Assembly (NCBI GenBank): GCA_963712115.1
Contig: CAVQGX010000026.1
Span: forward strand, 76,055-140,054
DNA length: 64,000 nt
From: an uncultured delta proteobacterium
GTDB taxonomy: Bacteria; Desulfobacterota; Syntrophobacteria; BM002
Direction: 5' to 3'
Position 1 is the stretch's first letter; every line of letters begins with the position of its first letter. Made by a program: the position numbers and the translations under genes. The notes under the pieces are model-generated. The model was not told where the DNA came from, did not search any database, and saw only the letters and a program-made list of their open reading frames with translations. Of this stretch, positions 22,365 to 31,664 are shown piece after piece.

Positions 22365-22655
22365 TCAATCCTCTGCTAGTCCGCGATAGGTGCCGGCCGC
22401 TTTCAGGGCCGACACCATCTCAGCCGTGGTAATTATGCTCGGGTCGTAAATAACGGTGTTAATTTCCCGGAACCCGCGAAAACCTCTCTTTACCTCTTTG
22501 ATGCCTTTCAACCCCTCCAGGGCTGACTTGCCCACATCGTATCAGCTAACGTAAAAGACGATTTTAGCAAGGGGCTGGTCCTTTGACTGAACCGCCCCTG
22601 CCCAAATAGATCCGACGAGTAGAAAAGTCATAATTATTGCAGCAATGACTCTCAT
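22365..22655 (-). CDS. Putative exported selenoprotein, 96 aa, Sec at codon 38 (HMA/MsrA-like fold inferred)
   Basis: GGAG RBS, signal-peptide-like N-terminus, in-frame TGA at 22544-22542, hairpin GGGC-AAGTCA-GCCC 8 nt downstream, open frame for 58 further codons. Confidence 0.75.
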
Positions 22656-22675
22656 GATGAACTCTCCGTTTCTAA

Positions 22676-23875
22676 TCACTCGAACAGCTTCCGGTATTTC
22701 CCGTAGCTTTCCTTTTCCAAGTCCGGTTTGGGGACGAATCGTAGGGCGGCTGAGTTGATGCAGTAGCGCAGACCCGTGGGCTTGGGCCCGTCGTTGAATA
22801 CATGGCCAAGGTGCGAGTCGCCGTGCTTGCTCCGTATCTCGGTACGAGTCGTCAAAAAACTCCGGTCTGTCTTCTCTACTATATTATCTGGCTCCAAAGG
22901 CTGGGTGAAGCTGGGCCAGCCCGTTCCAGAGTCGAACTTATCCTTTGAGCTGAAGAGAGGCTCCCCCGAGACAATGTCCACGTAGATGCCCATCTCGTGG
23001 TTATTCCAGTATGCGTTGTTGAAGGGGGGTTCAGTACCGTTTTCCTGGGTGACCTGGTATTGCATAGGCGTCAATTGCCGGCGCAATTCCTCCTTGTCAG
23101 GACGGTTGTACATCCGGCCGGCCTCCATGTCCGATGCCATACCGCCGCCCATCTTTTCTTTCATTTTGTCCGGGGTCATTGGGGTCTCTTTCATCTCATC
23201 TTTCATCCCGGAATTCATCTCGGCTTTGGCCTCCGGCTTCATGTCTGACTCCATGTCTCCCCATACTTGCTTCAGGAATTGGTCCCGACCGGAGCCGTGA
23301 CGGTACCAGCGGTAGCGGATCGGGTTCCTTTTGTAGTAATCCTGGTGATAGTCCTCTGCCGGGTAAAAGGGCCCGAGGGGAAGGATATCGGTTACTATGG
23401 GCTTGTCGAAGCGGCCCGATGCCGCCAATCTTTTCTTGGAGGCTTCAGCCAAACTGCGCTCTTGCTCGTTACTGTAGAAGATAACACTGCGGTATTGGGA
23501 GCCGCGGTCCACGAACTGGCCGTCTCCATCGGTGGGGTCCACATGCATCCAGAACACCTCGAGGAGCTCCTCGTAGGTGACCTTGGCCGGGTGGTAAACT
23601 ACCTTCACGGTCTCTACGTGCCCGGTCCCTCCTTTGGAGACCTGTTTGTAGGTGGGATTGGCAACGTTGCCGCCGGTGTAACCCGAGATAGCTTCGATCA
23701 CTCCGTCGACTTTCTCAAAATCGGATTCCGTGCACCAGAAACAGCCACCGGCAAAATAGGCCGCCCGGGTGCTCTGGGGTTTATCCTGCATCTTTTTCTC
23801 CATTTTTCCAGTTACCTGATGGTAGCCTAAGAGGACCATTACCAGGATGATAACCGTTATATTTAAAGTTTTCAT
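22676..23875 (-). CDS. msrAB: Fused peptide-methionine sulfoxide reductase MsrA/MsrB, probably exported
   Basis: [30 protein letters not shown]; hydrophobic N-terminus; AAGGAG RBS. Confidence 0.96.
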   Translation of the reverse strand: MKTLNITVIILVMVLLGYHQVTGKMEKKMQDKPQSTRAAYFAGGCFWCTESDFEKVDGVIEAISGYTGGNVANPTYKQVSKGGTGHVETVKVVYHPAKVTYEELLEVFWMHVDPTDGDGQFVDRGSQYRSVIFYSNEQERSLAEASKKRLAASGRFDKPIVTDILPLGPFYPAEDYHQDYYKRNPIRYRWYRHGSGRDQFLKQVWGDMESDMKPEAKAEMNSGMKDEMKETPMTPDKMKEKMGGGMASDMEAGRMYNRPDKEELRRQLTPMQYQVTQENGTEPPFNNAYWNNHEMGIYVDIVSGEPLFSSKDKFDSGTGWPSFTQPLEPDNIVEKTDRSFLTTRTEIRSKHGDSHLGHVFNDGPKPTGLRYCINSAALRFVPKPDLEKESYGKYRKLFE

Positions 23876-23968
23876 AAGACATCTCCTTAGTTTCTGCCCA
23901 TCTAATATGGTTCCGGTCCAAAGAGACCGGAGTTTATTTTTTCTCTGGATCAATAATAAGACTGAATA

Positions 23969-24012
23969 TTAAAGATGGTGTAAAGAAACTGTAAAGATTG
24001 GGTAAAGATTTA
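23969..24012. promoter_or_regulatory. Four direct repeats at 11-bp period, putative OmpR-family operator
   Basis: TTAAAGATGGT GTAAAGAAACT GTAAAGATTGG GTAAAGATTTA upstream of msrAB. Confidence 0.7.
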
Positions 24013-24043
24013 GGGTGGGACTCCGCTGGGAGGAATAAATGGG

Positions 24044-25129
24044 TCAATCGACCCGTGGGGGTGGGTTCATGGGAAGCTCGAACCAGATTTGCATGCTACC
24101 CTTGAGCAGTTCAGCGCCCACCGAGCCGCTGTGGGCCTCGACCAGTTCCTTGACGATGGCCAAACCGATGCCTGCCCCGCCGTGCTCACGTGAGCGGGAC
24201 TTTTCCCCTCGGTAAAACCGCTCAAATATAAAGGGAAGATCTTCTTCGGCTATTTCCCCACCGGTGTTGGTAAAAACAACCTTGATAGCTCGTGGCTTTA
24301 GTTCAGTTGAGACCGTGACCGCTCCACCAGACGGGGTATACTGCCAGGAGTTTTGCAGGAGATTATTTAGTATCTGCGACAAATGATGGGGATCAGCCCA
24401 AAGGTTTTTTTCGCCATCGGCAAAATGAGTCTCCACCCTGAGCTCTTTTTCTTCAAGCTGGGAACGAAAGGATTCGAGCATTTGAGTAATCAGATCGACA
24501 ATATTGATCTCCACTTTACGGAGGCTTGCCTTGGCGGCGTCGGCCTTGGCCAGCCGAAGGATGTCTTCCACTAATTGCACCAGGCGGAATGTCTCCTCCT
24601 GAAGCAACTCGAAGGTCTCCTCAGAGGGGCTGACCACCCCGTCAGTCAGGGCCTCGAGATATCCTTTTATGTTGGTCAGGGGAGTCCTGAGCTCATGGGC
24701 CACGTCGATCATCATCGTCTTCCGCAGTTGCTCGATCTTTTGAAGGCTTTCAGCCATGCGGTTAAAGGCCAGAGCCAGCTGAGCAACTTCATCTTGAGAT
24801 TTCACTGGAACGCTGGCTGAGTAGTCGCCAGAAGCGATCTTGCTTGTGATCTCAGTCATCTGAGTGAGGGGGTGCAAAATTCTTCTCATAAGCAAGAAGC
24901 TGAAACCAACAGCCAGCACAAGAGCCCCAAGACTGGCCCAGACCAGATAGCGATGAACCGCGCTCAAGAACATTTGATGACTCGATGTTGGAGAGATATT
25001 GTATTTCTCCATCAGAGTCATGAAGTAGCCGGCGGCGAGGTAGTCAACCGCCAGCCATACCATAATGATAACGAATCCAATGACGAGGACATTAATCCCG
25101 AGGAGTTTCCACAGGAGTCGATTTTTCAC
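24044..25129 (-). CDS. HAMP sensor histidine kinase (BaeS-like)
   Basis: Two TM segments, HAMP, AHELRTPL, FERFYR, GAGIGL. Confidence 0.95.
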   Translation of the reverse strand: MKNRLLWKLLGINVLVIGFVIIMVWLAVDYLAAGYFMTLMEKYNISPTSSHQMFLSAVHRYLVWASLGALVLAVGFSFLLMRRILHPLTQMTEITSKIASGDYSASVPVKSQDEVAQLALAFNRMAESLQKIEQLRKTMMIDVAHELRTPLTNIKGYLEALTDGVVSPSEETFELLQEETFRLVQLVEDILRLAKADAAKASLRKVEINIVDLITQMLESFRSQLEEKELRVETHFADGEKNLWADPHHLSQILNNLLQNSWQYTPSGGAVTVSTELKPRAIKVVFTNTGGEIAEEDLPFIFERFYRGEKSRSREHGGAGIGLAIVKELVEAHSGSVGAELLKGSMQIWFELPMNPPPRVD

Positions 25130-25145
25130 GGCCTAATCCCCCCCT

Positions 25146-25844
25146 TCATGAGTCACTCTCCTCGGCGAACTGATATCCTATACCTCTCACGGTGAGAATG
25201 TGGCGAGGCCGCGACGAGTCCTCTTCGATCTTCTGCCTGAGTTTCCCGATATGGACGTCGATGACGCGGTCTATTACTGCTTCACCGTCTGGATAGAGCC
25301 GGTCCAGAAGTTCTGCGCGAGTAAACACCCTCCCGGGCCTGGTTATCAAAGCTTTGAGGAGGTTGTACTCATGAACTGTGAGAGAAATAGCCCGCCCTTT
25401 TAGGCTCACCTTACGCTTATCCAGATCCAGAACGAGATCTTTATGTGACCAGACAGTTTTTTTGGCAGTGGTGTCCGAACGTGCTCTCCTGAGAATGGCT
25501 TTAACCCTTGCCACCAGTTCCCGAGGACTGAAGGGTTTCACCACATAGTCATCAGCCCCCAATGTCAGCCCCGAAATGCGGTCAACCTCTTCCCCTCTGG
25601 CGGTGAGCATGAGGATAGGAACATCCGACCAACTCCTGAGCTCCCGGCAGACTTCCCAGCCATCAACAAGAGGAAGCATGAGATCGAGAACCACCAGCAT
25701 GGGGTTGTGATGACGAGCCAGTTTTAGGGCTTCCCGGCCATCAGAAGCGACAACAGTCTGGAACCCTTCCCGCTGTAAGTAGAGTTCTACTAGGGAAGCG
25801 GTCTTTTTATCGTCTTCCACAATTAGAATTGGTTGCTGAATCAT
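25146..25844 (-). CDS. OmpR-family response regulator
   Basis: VEDD, LDLMLP, KPFS, IDVHIGKLR, TVRGIGY. Confidence 0.96.
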   Translation of the reverse strand: MIQQPILIVEDDKKTASLVELYLQREGFQTVVASDGREALKLARHHNPMLVVLDLMLPLVDGWEVCRELRSWSDVPILMLTARGEEVDRISGLTLGADDYVVKPFSPRELVARVKAILRRARSDTTAKKTVWSHKDLVLDLDKRKVSLKGRAISLTVHEYNLLKALITRPGRVFTRAELLDRLYPDGEAVIDRVIDVHIGKLRQKIEEDSSRPRHILTVRGIGYQFAEESDS

Positions 25845-25866
25845 CGAGGAGCCCCTATTGGGCAAA

Positions 25867-26256
25867 CTAGCCTTCTTCGGCGCCGGCCACGAACAGGTCG
25901 TAGTCAGGTTTGCTCATCAGTTCGTCGAGTTCGGTGACTTCTTTGATGGCCAGGGTTGCGATCCAGCCCTTACCATAGGTGTCTTGATTTATCAGGTCAG
26001 GAGCGTCTTCGAGTTCCTCATTCACTTTCAGAACTTTGCCTGATATGGGGGCGGGGAGCTCAACACTGGCTTTTCCTGATTCCACCGCGGCAAAAGGTTC
26101 GTTCTTAATGACTTCATCGCCAACCTCTGGAAGCTCCACATAAATGATGGTGCCAAGGGCTTCGGCAGCAAAGTCGGAAATGCCCACCTGTGCACCATCA
26201 TCGTTAGGTTGCACATAGACGTGATCTTGACTGATTTTCAAAACTCCCTTTGCCAT
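25867..26256 (-). CDS. gcvH: Glycine cleavage H-like lipoyl carrier
   Basis: VGISDFA, VESGKA lipoyl-Lys, IN.D.YGKGWI. Confidence 0.92.
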   Translation of the reverse strand: MAKGVLKISQDHVYVQPNDDGAQVGISDFAAEALGTIIYVELPEVGDEVIKNEPFAAVESGKASVELPAPISGKVLKVNEELEDAPDLINQDTYGKGWIATLAIKEVTELDELMSKPDYDLFVAGAEEG

Positions 26257-26357
26257 GTCGCCTCCTTTTGCTGTCCGTTGTTCCGCCTGAGGCGGATCCG
26301 TAGTCCGTTGCCAGGAGGGCATAGCGCAGAGCGCATGGCGCATAGCGTTTTGCCCAT

Positions 26358-27104
26358 TTATTTAGAAAGGATGGCAGGGCCGGGACTCATCCCCGCCCGA
26401 GCATTCGCATCTTCGATCTGAACTCGTGCAAAGACTTCAGTTGGTGAAATTTCACGCCATTTTCCAGGAAAAAGCTCAACAAATCTGCCCACAACCTTCT
26501 GGACCACCTCTTCCATGCTGGGATTTTCTCCCAGCAACTTAGCCATTGAAGTCACCTGCTCGCTTTTGAGTTCGCAGGGGTTAATGTGGCAAAAATGGTC
26601 CATATTGGGGGAGACGTTCAGGGCGAAGCCATGAAAGCTGACCCATCGCCTGATGGCAACGCCGAGGGCGGCCACCTTTAGGTGTGAGACCCAGACGCCT
26701 CGGTGTAACGGGTCACGGCCAGCTTGAATGCCAAAATCGGCCAGAACCTGGATTATGGTTTCCTCGAGCAAATCGACATACCTGCGGATGGAGAGATCCC
26801 GTTGACTTAGATCAACTATGGGATAGACTACCAACTGCCCTGGGCCGTGGTAGGTGACATCTCCTCCTCGTTCAACTGGATGAACCTGAATTCCCTCAGA
26901 GGCGAGCTCTGCCGAAGTTGACAAAATGTTGGTTCTGTTCCCCCGCCGGCCTAAGGTGATAACCGGCTCGTGCTCCACCAGCAGCAGAGTGTCAACCACT
27001 AGGTTCCCCTGACGCAGTTCAACCAGTCGTCTCTGCAGGTCGAGTACGTCGAGGTATCTGGCGCGACCTAGGTTTACAATCCAACCATCACTGTTTGTCA
27101 TCAA
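26358..27104 (-). CDS. lipB: Lipoyl(octanoyl) transferase
   Basis: EHEPVITLG, RGGDVTYHGPGQLV, HGFALN. Confidence 0.95.
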   Translation of the reverse strand: MMTNSDGWIVNLGRARYLDVLDLQRRLVELRQGNLVVDTLLLVEHEPVITLGRRGNRTNILSTSAELASEGIQVHPVERGGDVTYHGPGQLVVYPIVDLSQRDLSIRRYVDLLEETIIQVLADFGIQAGRDPLHRGVWVSHLKVAALGVAIRRWVSFHGFALNVSPNMDHFCHINPCELKSEQVTSMAKLLGENPSMEEVVQKVVGRFVELFPGKWREISPTEVFARVQIEDANARAGMSPGPAILSK

Positions 27105-27134
27105 TTTATTTCGCTTCTCTTTCGATCGTCATGG

Positions 27135-27312
27135 GCATAGGGCATGGAGCATGGGGCATAGAGTAAGAAGCCAGGAGTCAGAATCCAGAATTCGGGAGAA
27201 AAGCTATCAAAACAGAATTCCTCTCAATTTCTGGTATTTTCGCCGCGTCTCCGTCTCGCCGTTTCACCGCGTCGCCCTGCGGTGCCTAGTGTATAGTGCT
27301 TAGTGCCTAGTG
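27135..27312. repeat. Family A repeat (inverted twin of ~4740-4910)
   Basis: Direct sequence comparison. Confidence 0.85.
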
Positions 27313-27314
27313 GG

Positions 27315-28712
27315 CTAAAGCCCAAGATCCAACTTATGAATCGAAAGACCCCTCGCATCCTCCACCGCCTCCCACAACGCTTCCGCAACAGTGGGGTGGG
27401 CATGTATAGTCCGAGCCATCTCGCTGAGGGTCACACCTTGGTTCACGGCCACGGTACATTCAGCAATCAAAGTGCTGGCATCCGGGCCTATTATGTGTAT
27501 GCCTATTACCCTTTCGTCCTTCTCCCGGGCGATTACTTTGACAAAACCGTCTATTTCGCCGATGGCGTGTGATTTTCCCAGGGCGCGAAAAGGGAAAGAT
27601 CCCTCGAGGTAGCCAATACCCTGTTCTTCGCACTGTTGGCTGGTAAGTCCAACGAAGGCAACCTCGGGACTGGTAAATATGGCCACAGGTACAGCGTATT
27701 CGTCCACTTTTGCTTCCTGATTTCCCAATCCATGCTCCACCGCGACTATCCCTTGGTGAGAGGCAAAGTGAGCTAGCTCTCTTTTGCCGGTAACGTCGCC
27801 GATGGCATAAACTCCAGGCAAATTGGTCTGACAGTGCTGATCAACCTGGACATAGCTGTTCTGCAAATTGACGCCAGTGCCATGCAACCCTATCCCTCGA
27901 GAAACAGGAGTTCTTCCCACAGTAACGAGGACCGCTTCTGTCTCGATACGTTTGCCAGAGTCAAGGGTGATTTCCACGCCAGATGAGGTGTGGGAAGCAG
28001 CGACAGGAGGGTCTCCAAGATGCAGTCTTATTTTTCGTTTTTTTAGGGCTCGAATGAGTGCTTTGTTGATGTCCCGATCCAGGTCCTTAATAGGTTCCTT
28101 GCTGCGCTTGGTCATATGGATGGTGGAGCCAAGAGCACTGAAGAGCAGGGCGAATTCACACCCAGATACACCACCGCCCACAATAAAGAGGCTTTCGGGA
28201 ATCTTTGTCAATTCCAGCATGCTGCGGGTGTTAAACACTTTCTTATGGTCCCAGGGCAAGAGATCTAGGGGTAGGGGTTCTGATCCGGTAGCTATGATGA
28301 GCTGTTTGCCGCGAACCCTCTGGATTTGCCCATCCTTCGTCTCAACCTCAACCTCTCCTGGGCCTCGCACCTCTCCTCTGCCCAGGATCAGGTTAACTTT
28401 GTGTTTCTTGAACAATCGTTCGACTCCTTCACGGAGCTCTGCCACAATCCGCTGGTTTCTACCAACAATCTTGTCCAAATGAGCAACAGGGTGCTGGCAA
28501 CTCAGGCCAAATGCTTCCGCCTGGCGCATTTGTTCAAATAGGACGGCGGATTTGTACATGGCCTTGGTAGGAATGCAACCCCAGTTGAGACAGGTCCCGC
28601 CCACCAGTTCCTTTTCGATAATGCAGACTTTGGCTCCTAGTTGGGCGGCCCGAATAGCTGCTACGTAACCACCTGGTCCGGCTCCTAAGATGATCGTATC
28701 GTAATGAGACAT
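27315..28712 (-). CDS. lpdA: Dihydrolipoyl dehydrogenase
   Basis: GAGPGG, GGTCLNWGCIP, HAHPT. Confidence 0.96.
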   Translation of the reverse strand: MSHYDTIILGAGPGGYVAAIRAAQLGAKVCIIEKELVGGTCLNWGCIPTKAMYKSAVLFEQMRQAEAFGLSCQHPVAHLDKIVGRNQRIVAELREGVERLFKKHKVNLILGRGEVRGPGEVEVETKDGQIQRVRGKQLIIATGSEPLPLDLLPWDHKKVFNTRSMLELTKIPESLFIVGGGVSGCEFALLFSALGSTIHMTKRSKEPIKDLDRDINKALIRALKKRKIRLHLGDPPVAASHTSSGVEITLDSGKRIETEAVLVTVGRTPVSRGIGLHGTGVNLQNSYVQVDQHCQTNLPGVYAIGDVTGKRELAHFASHQGIVAVEHGLGNQEAKVDEYAVPVAIFTSPEVAFVGLTSQQCEEQGIGYLEGSFPFRALGKSHAIGEIDGFVKVIAREKDERVIGIHIIGPDASTLIAECTVAVNQGVTLSEMARTIHAHPTVAEALWEAVEDARGLSIHKLDLGL

Positions 28713-28731
28713 TAAACCTGGTCTCCTGCAC

Positions 28732-29838
28732 CTACACATATTTTAGTTCGTAATCTCTGCTTCCAAGTCCCAACTCTTCTGCATAACCTAATTGGATGGA
28801 CCAATCAATGTGAGGGTAGACGCCCCGAAACTTGTCTTCACCAGGCCCTCTATTGCTTTCAAGGCAGCAGTCAGGTAGGGCTGGCTGCGCATTGACTAGA
28901 TCCACTGAAGCCTGGTCGATGGCCACCGGATCCCTGCTTGCCAGAATGCCCAAATCCCTCACTAAAGGAACGTCGCTAAAGCCATAACAGTCGCACTGCG
29001 GAGTTACCCGGCTGACGAAACTGAGGTAGAAGGCACGGTCTTCCTTGTTTTTGAGGACTCCCACCGTGTATTCCACCATTTTCTTCTGAAAACGGGCCGT
29101 GTCGCTATCCCAGGGGATGGAGACAGCCGCTTCCGGGCACACTGCTATGCACTCGCCGCAGCCAATACATTTTTCGGCATCCTTCTTGGCCTTTTTCTTG
29201 AGCAGTTCAATGGCCTCAACAGGACAGTGGGCTACGCACTCGCCACAGCCGATGCACTTTTTGGCGTCGAACTCGGGCGAGATCTCACAATGCTGGGCAA
29301 GTTTTCCTTTTCTGGAGGCACAGCCCATGCCCAGATTCTTAATAGTGCCGCCAAACCCTGCAAGTTCGTGTCCCTTGAAGTGGGCGGCGCTAATGAGAGC
29401 GTCCGCCTGTACCACGTCCCCACCAAGGTAAACTTCATCATAGATGGGAAGGTTCACTGGTACAGCCACCTCAGCGTTACCTCTGAGGCCGTCAGCTATG
29501 GTGAGGGGCGCACCAGCCACAGCATAAGCAAACCCATTCTGAATGGCTGTGGTGAGATGATCCACGCTGTTGGTTCTGGTACCCACATAGAGCGTGTTAG
29601 TATCGGTTAAAAAGGGCTTGCCCCCCAGTTTCTGAACTCGATTGACCAAATGACGCAAGTGCGTGGGCGGAATGTAAGCCGTGTTCCCCTTCTCTCCGAA
29701 GTGCAGCTTGATGGCAATCAGATGCCTTGCCTTGATGATGTCATCGAAACCAGCAGCATCGAGCAAACGATCCAGCTTGACGTAAAGGTTTTCTTGCAAG
29801 CTAGCCCTCAAATCCATGGCAAATACTTCAATCGGCAT
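28732..29838 (-). CDS. DUF362 protein with 2x[4Fe-4S] ferredoxin domain
   Basis: KLHFGE.GN, HFKGH, KNLGMGC, two CxxCxxCxxxCP motifs. Confidence 0.88.
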   Translation of the reverse strand: MPIEVFAMDLRASLQENLYVKLDRLLDAAGFDDIIKARHLIAIKLHFGEKGNTAYIPPTHLRHLVNRVQKLGGKPFLTDTNTLYVGTRTNSVDHLTTAIQNGFAYAVAGAPLTIADGLRGNAEVAVPVNLPIYDEVYLGGDVVQADALISAAHFKGHELAGFGGTIKNLGMGCASRKGKLAQHCEISPEFDAKKCIGCGECVAHCPVEAIELLKKKAKKDAEKCIGCGECIAVCPEAAVSIPWDSDTARFQKKMVEYTVGVLKNKEDRAFYLSFVSRVTPQCDCYGFSDVPLVRDLGILASRDPVAIDQASVDLVNAQPALPDCCLESNRGPGEDKFRGVYPHIDWSIQLGYAEELGLGSRDYELKYV

Positions 29839-29965
29839 GGGTTCCTCCCTTAAGTCTACAATCCAAAAGATAAGGGCGCCCAACCAACAAAAGACAGGGA
29901 GGGCGCCCTTTGATCCGAACCTCTCATCTTCCCCGCCAAGAGAGAAGAAATTGCGGTCGGCCCAC

Positions 29966-31162
29966 CTAATAAACCAGATTCCAACCGCCCTTCCAAATCA
30001 TTACCATAACCATAGAATTAGTGCCCAATCCGTTGTGATCTTTTGGGCTGATGTTGTAGATGCCGCTGATTCCCACATAATTTTTGGTCTGTTCAATGGC
30101 ATCACGTAACATAACGTTATTGGTTCCCACCTTTTTCATGGCATTGGCTACGATGTAAATAGCGTCCCAGGCGTAGCCCGAGTGGGTGTTGATGGGAAAC
30201 TGTTTGTCGAAGTCGTACACATCGTTGTAGAGACGGACGAATTCACTAATAACTGCTTTCTGAGGATCTGAATCCGAGAGTTGATTGTATGCCATCAACT
30301 TAGTGGATGGCATGACATTCCCTTCTGAGGCGCTCCCCGCCAGTTCTACGTATTTGGGATCCGGCAAGCCGTGACACTGGATCAGGGGTAGTTTAATCGC
30401 CAGCTGTTTGACATTTTTGGCAACTATCGATCCAGCCGGGCCAATGGTCCAACAGATGATTACCTGGGCGTTGGTGTTCTTGATTTTGGTAAGCTGAGTG
30501 GTCATGTCAGCATCCCTGACCCCAAAGGACTCATCAGCTACAACCTCTAGACCGTAGTCGGGAGCTAATTTGGCAAGCCAGCCCTTCCCGTCACGGCCGA
30601 AGCCGTCAGATGCAGTAATAAGGGCAATATTCTTGACTTTCTTGGCCCTCAGGTACTGGTAGACTTTCTTTACCGCTACGGAACTTCGCTGGGGCGACTT
30701 AAAGATCCACTTGGCAGTGCCGAAATTCTTGCCGCCGTGCATACCCTCCATAATAACCGGATCACCACCCACTGTCATTACGGTAGGGATCTGCTGTTCT
30801 TCGAGGTATTTTTTTACCGCCATGCCCGTGCCCGTTCGGGTGGGGCCGATTAGGGCCACGACCTTTTCTTGCTCAACTAAACGTTTGGCGACCATGAGTG
30901 CCCTGGTAGGGTCGCCCTCGGTGTCCCCAACAACCAGTGCTAGGGGGCGGCCGTTTATACCACCTTCTTTGTTTATTTTCTCAACCACCATCTCAGCCAC
31001 GAGCTTGGTGGGAGTGCCAATAAAAGCCGCAGGACCGGAGAGATCGAAAAAGGCGCCTATCTTGATCGGTTCTTCAGCGGTGGCCTCATTCACAGAATAT
31101 CCAAATGAAAAGGCAACCGTGATGGCAAAGAGCAAAACCATAATCTTTCTCGTCATGTTCAT
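29966..31162 (-). CDS. LivK-family ABC substrate-binding protein
   Basis: Signal peptide, IKIG..DLSG, IN..GGINGR. Confidence 0.93.
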   Translation of the reverse strand: MNMTRKIMVLLFAITVAFSFGYSVNEATAEEPIKIGAFFDLSGPAAFIGTPTKLVAEMVVEKINKEGGINGRPLALVVGDTEGDPTRALMVAKRLVEQEKVVALIGPTRTGTGMAVKKYLEEQQIPTVMTVGGDPVIMEGMHGGKNFGTAKWIFKSPQRSSVAVKKVYQYLRAKKVKNIALITASDGFGRDGKGWLAKLAPDYGLEVVADESFGVRDADMTTQLTKIKNTNAQVIICWTIGPAGSIVAKNVKQLAIKLPLIQCHGLPDPKYVELAGSASEGNVMPSTKLMAYNQLSDSDPQKAVISEFVRLYNDVYDFDKQFPINTHSGYAWDAIYIVANAMKKVGTNNVMLRDAIEQTKNYVGISGIYNISPKDHNGLGTNSMVMVMIWKGGWNLVY

Positions 31163-31365
31163 TCTAAAATCCCCCTTATGTCAAATTGTTGTGCTAAGAG
31201 CTGAAATTCCTATCCCTGGTCAGTTCAGTATCACCTCCTTCTGTTATTTCTCATTTGTAAATTTATGCAAATACGGAAAGTAACAACAATCGTCATATTG
31301 GACCTGCGGTTATCCGGTATGGATGGAATAGTCTGTGGTTCTAGATTTCCCGCCGCAAGCGGGTC

Positions 31366-31549
31366 AAGCCCGGATGTTTCATGAATTGCAGTCACGAGAC
31401 CACGAAGATGGGCGTGCCACCGGGCAACCGCAGGGTGTTGGTTCCGAGGCGTACCTGAATGGTACGTCGCAGGGGTCGACACCCGAGGACGCACGGAGGG
31501 ACGGGCATATCCGTAGTCGCAGTAAGCGATTCATGAAACATCCGGGCTA
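31366..31549. mobile_element. ~184-bp MITE-like element, copy 2
   Basis: Collinear with 15939-16122; terminal repeats GCCCGGATGTTTCATGAAT / ATTCATGAAACATCCGGGC. Confidence 0.8.
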
Positions 31550-31664
31550 AGACGGATTCCGCAATGTCGGAGTCTTTAATTCCAGTCTCAGTGAGCAAAG
31601 TTGTGAGTGAAAGATAGAAATATCCGCAATGATAAATGATAAATGCGAAATGTGAAATCAGAAA

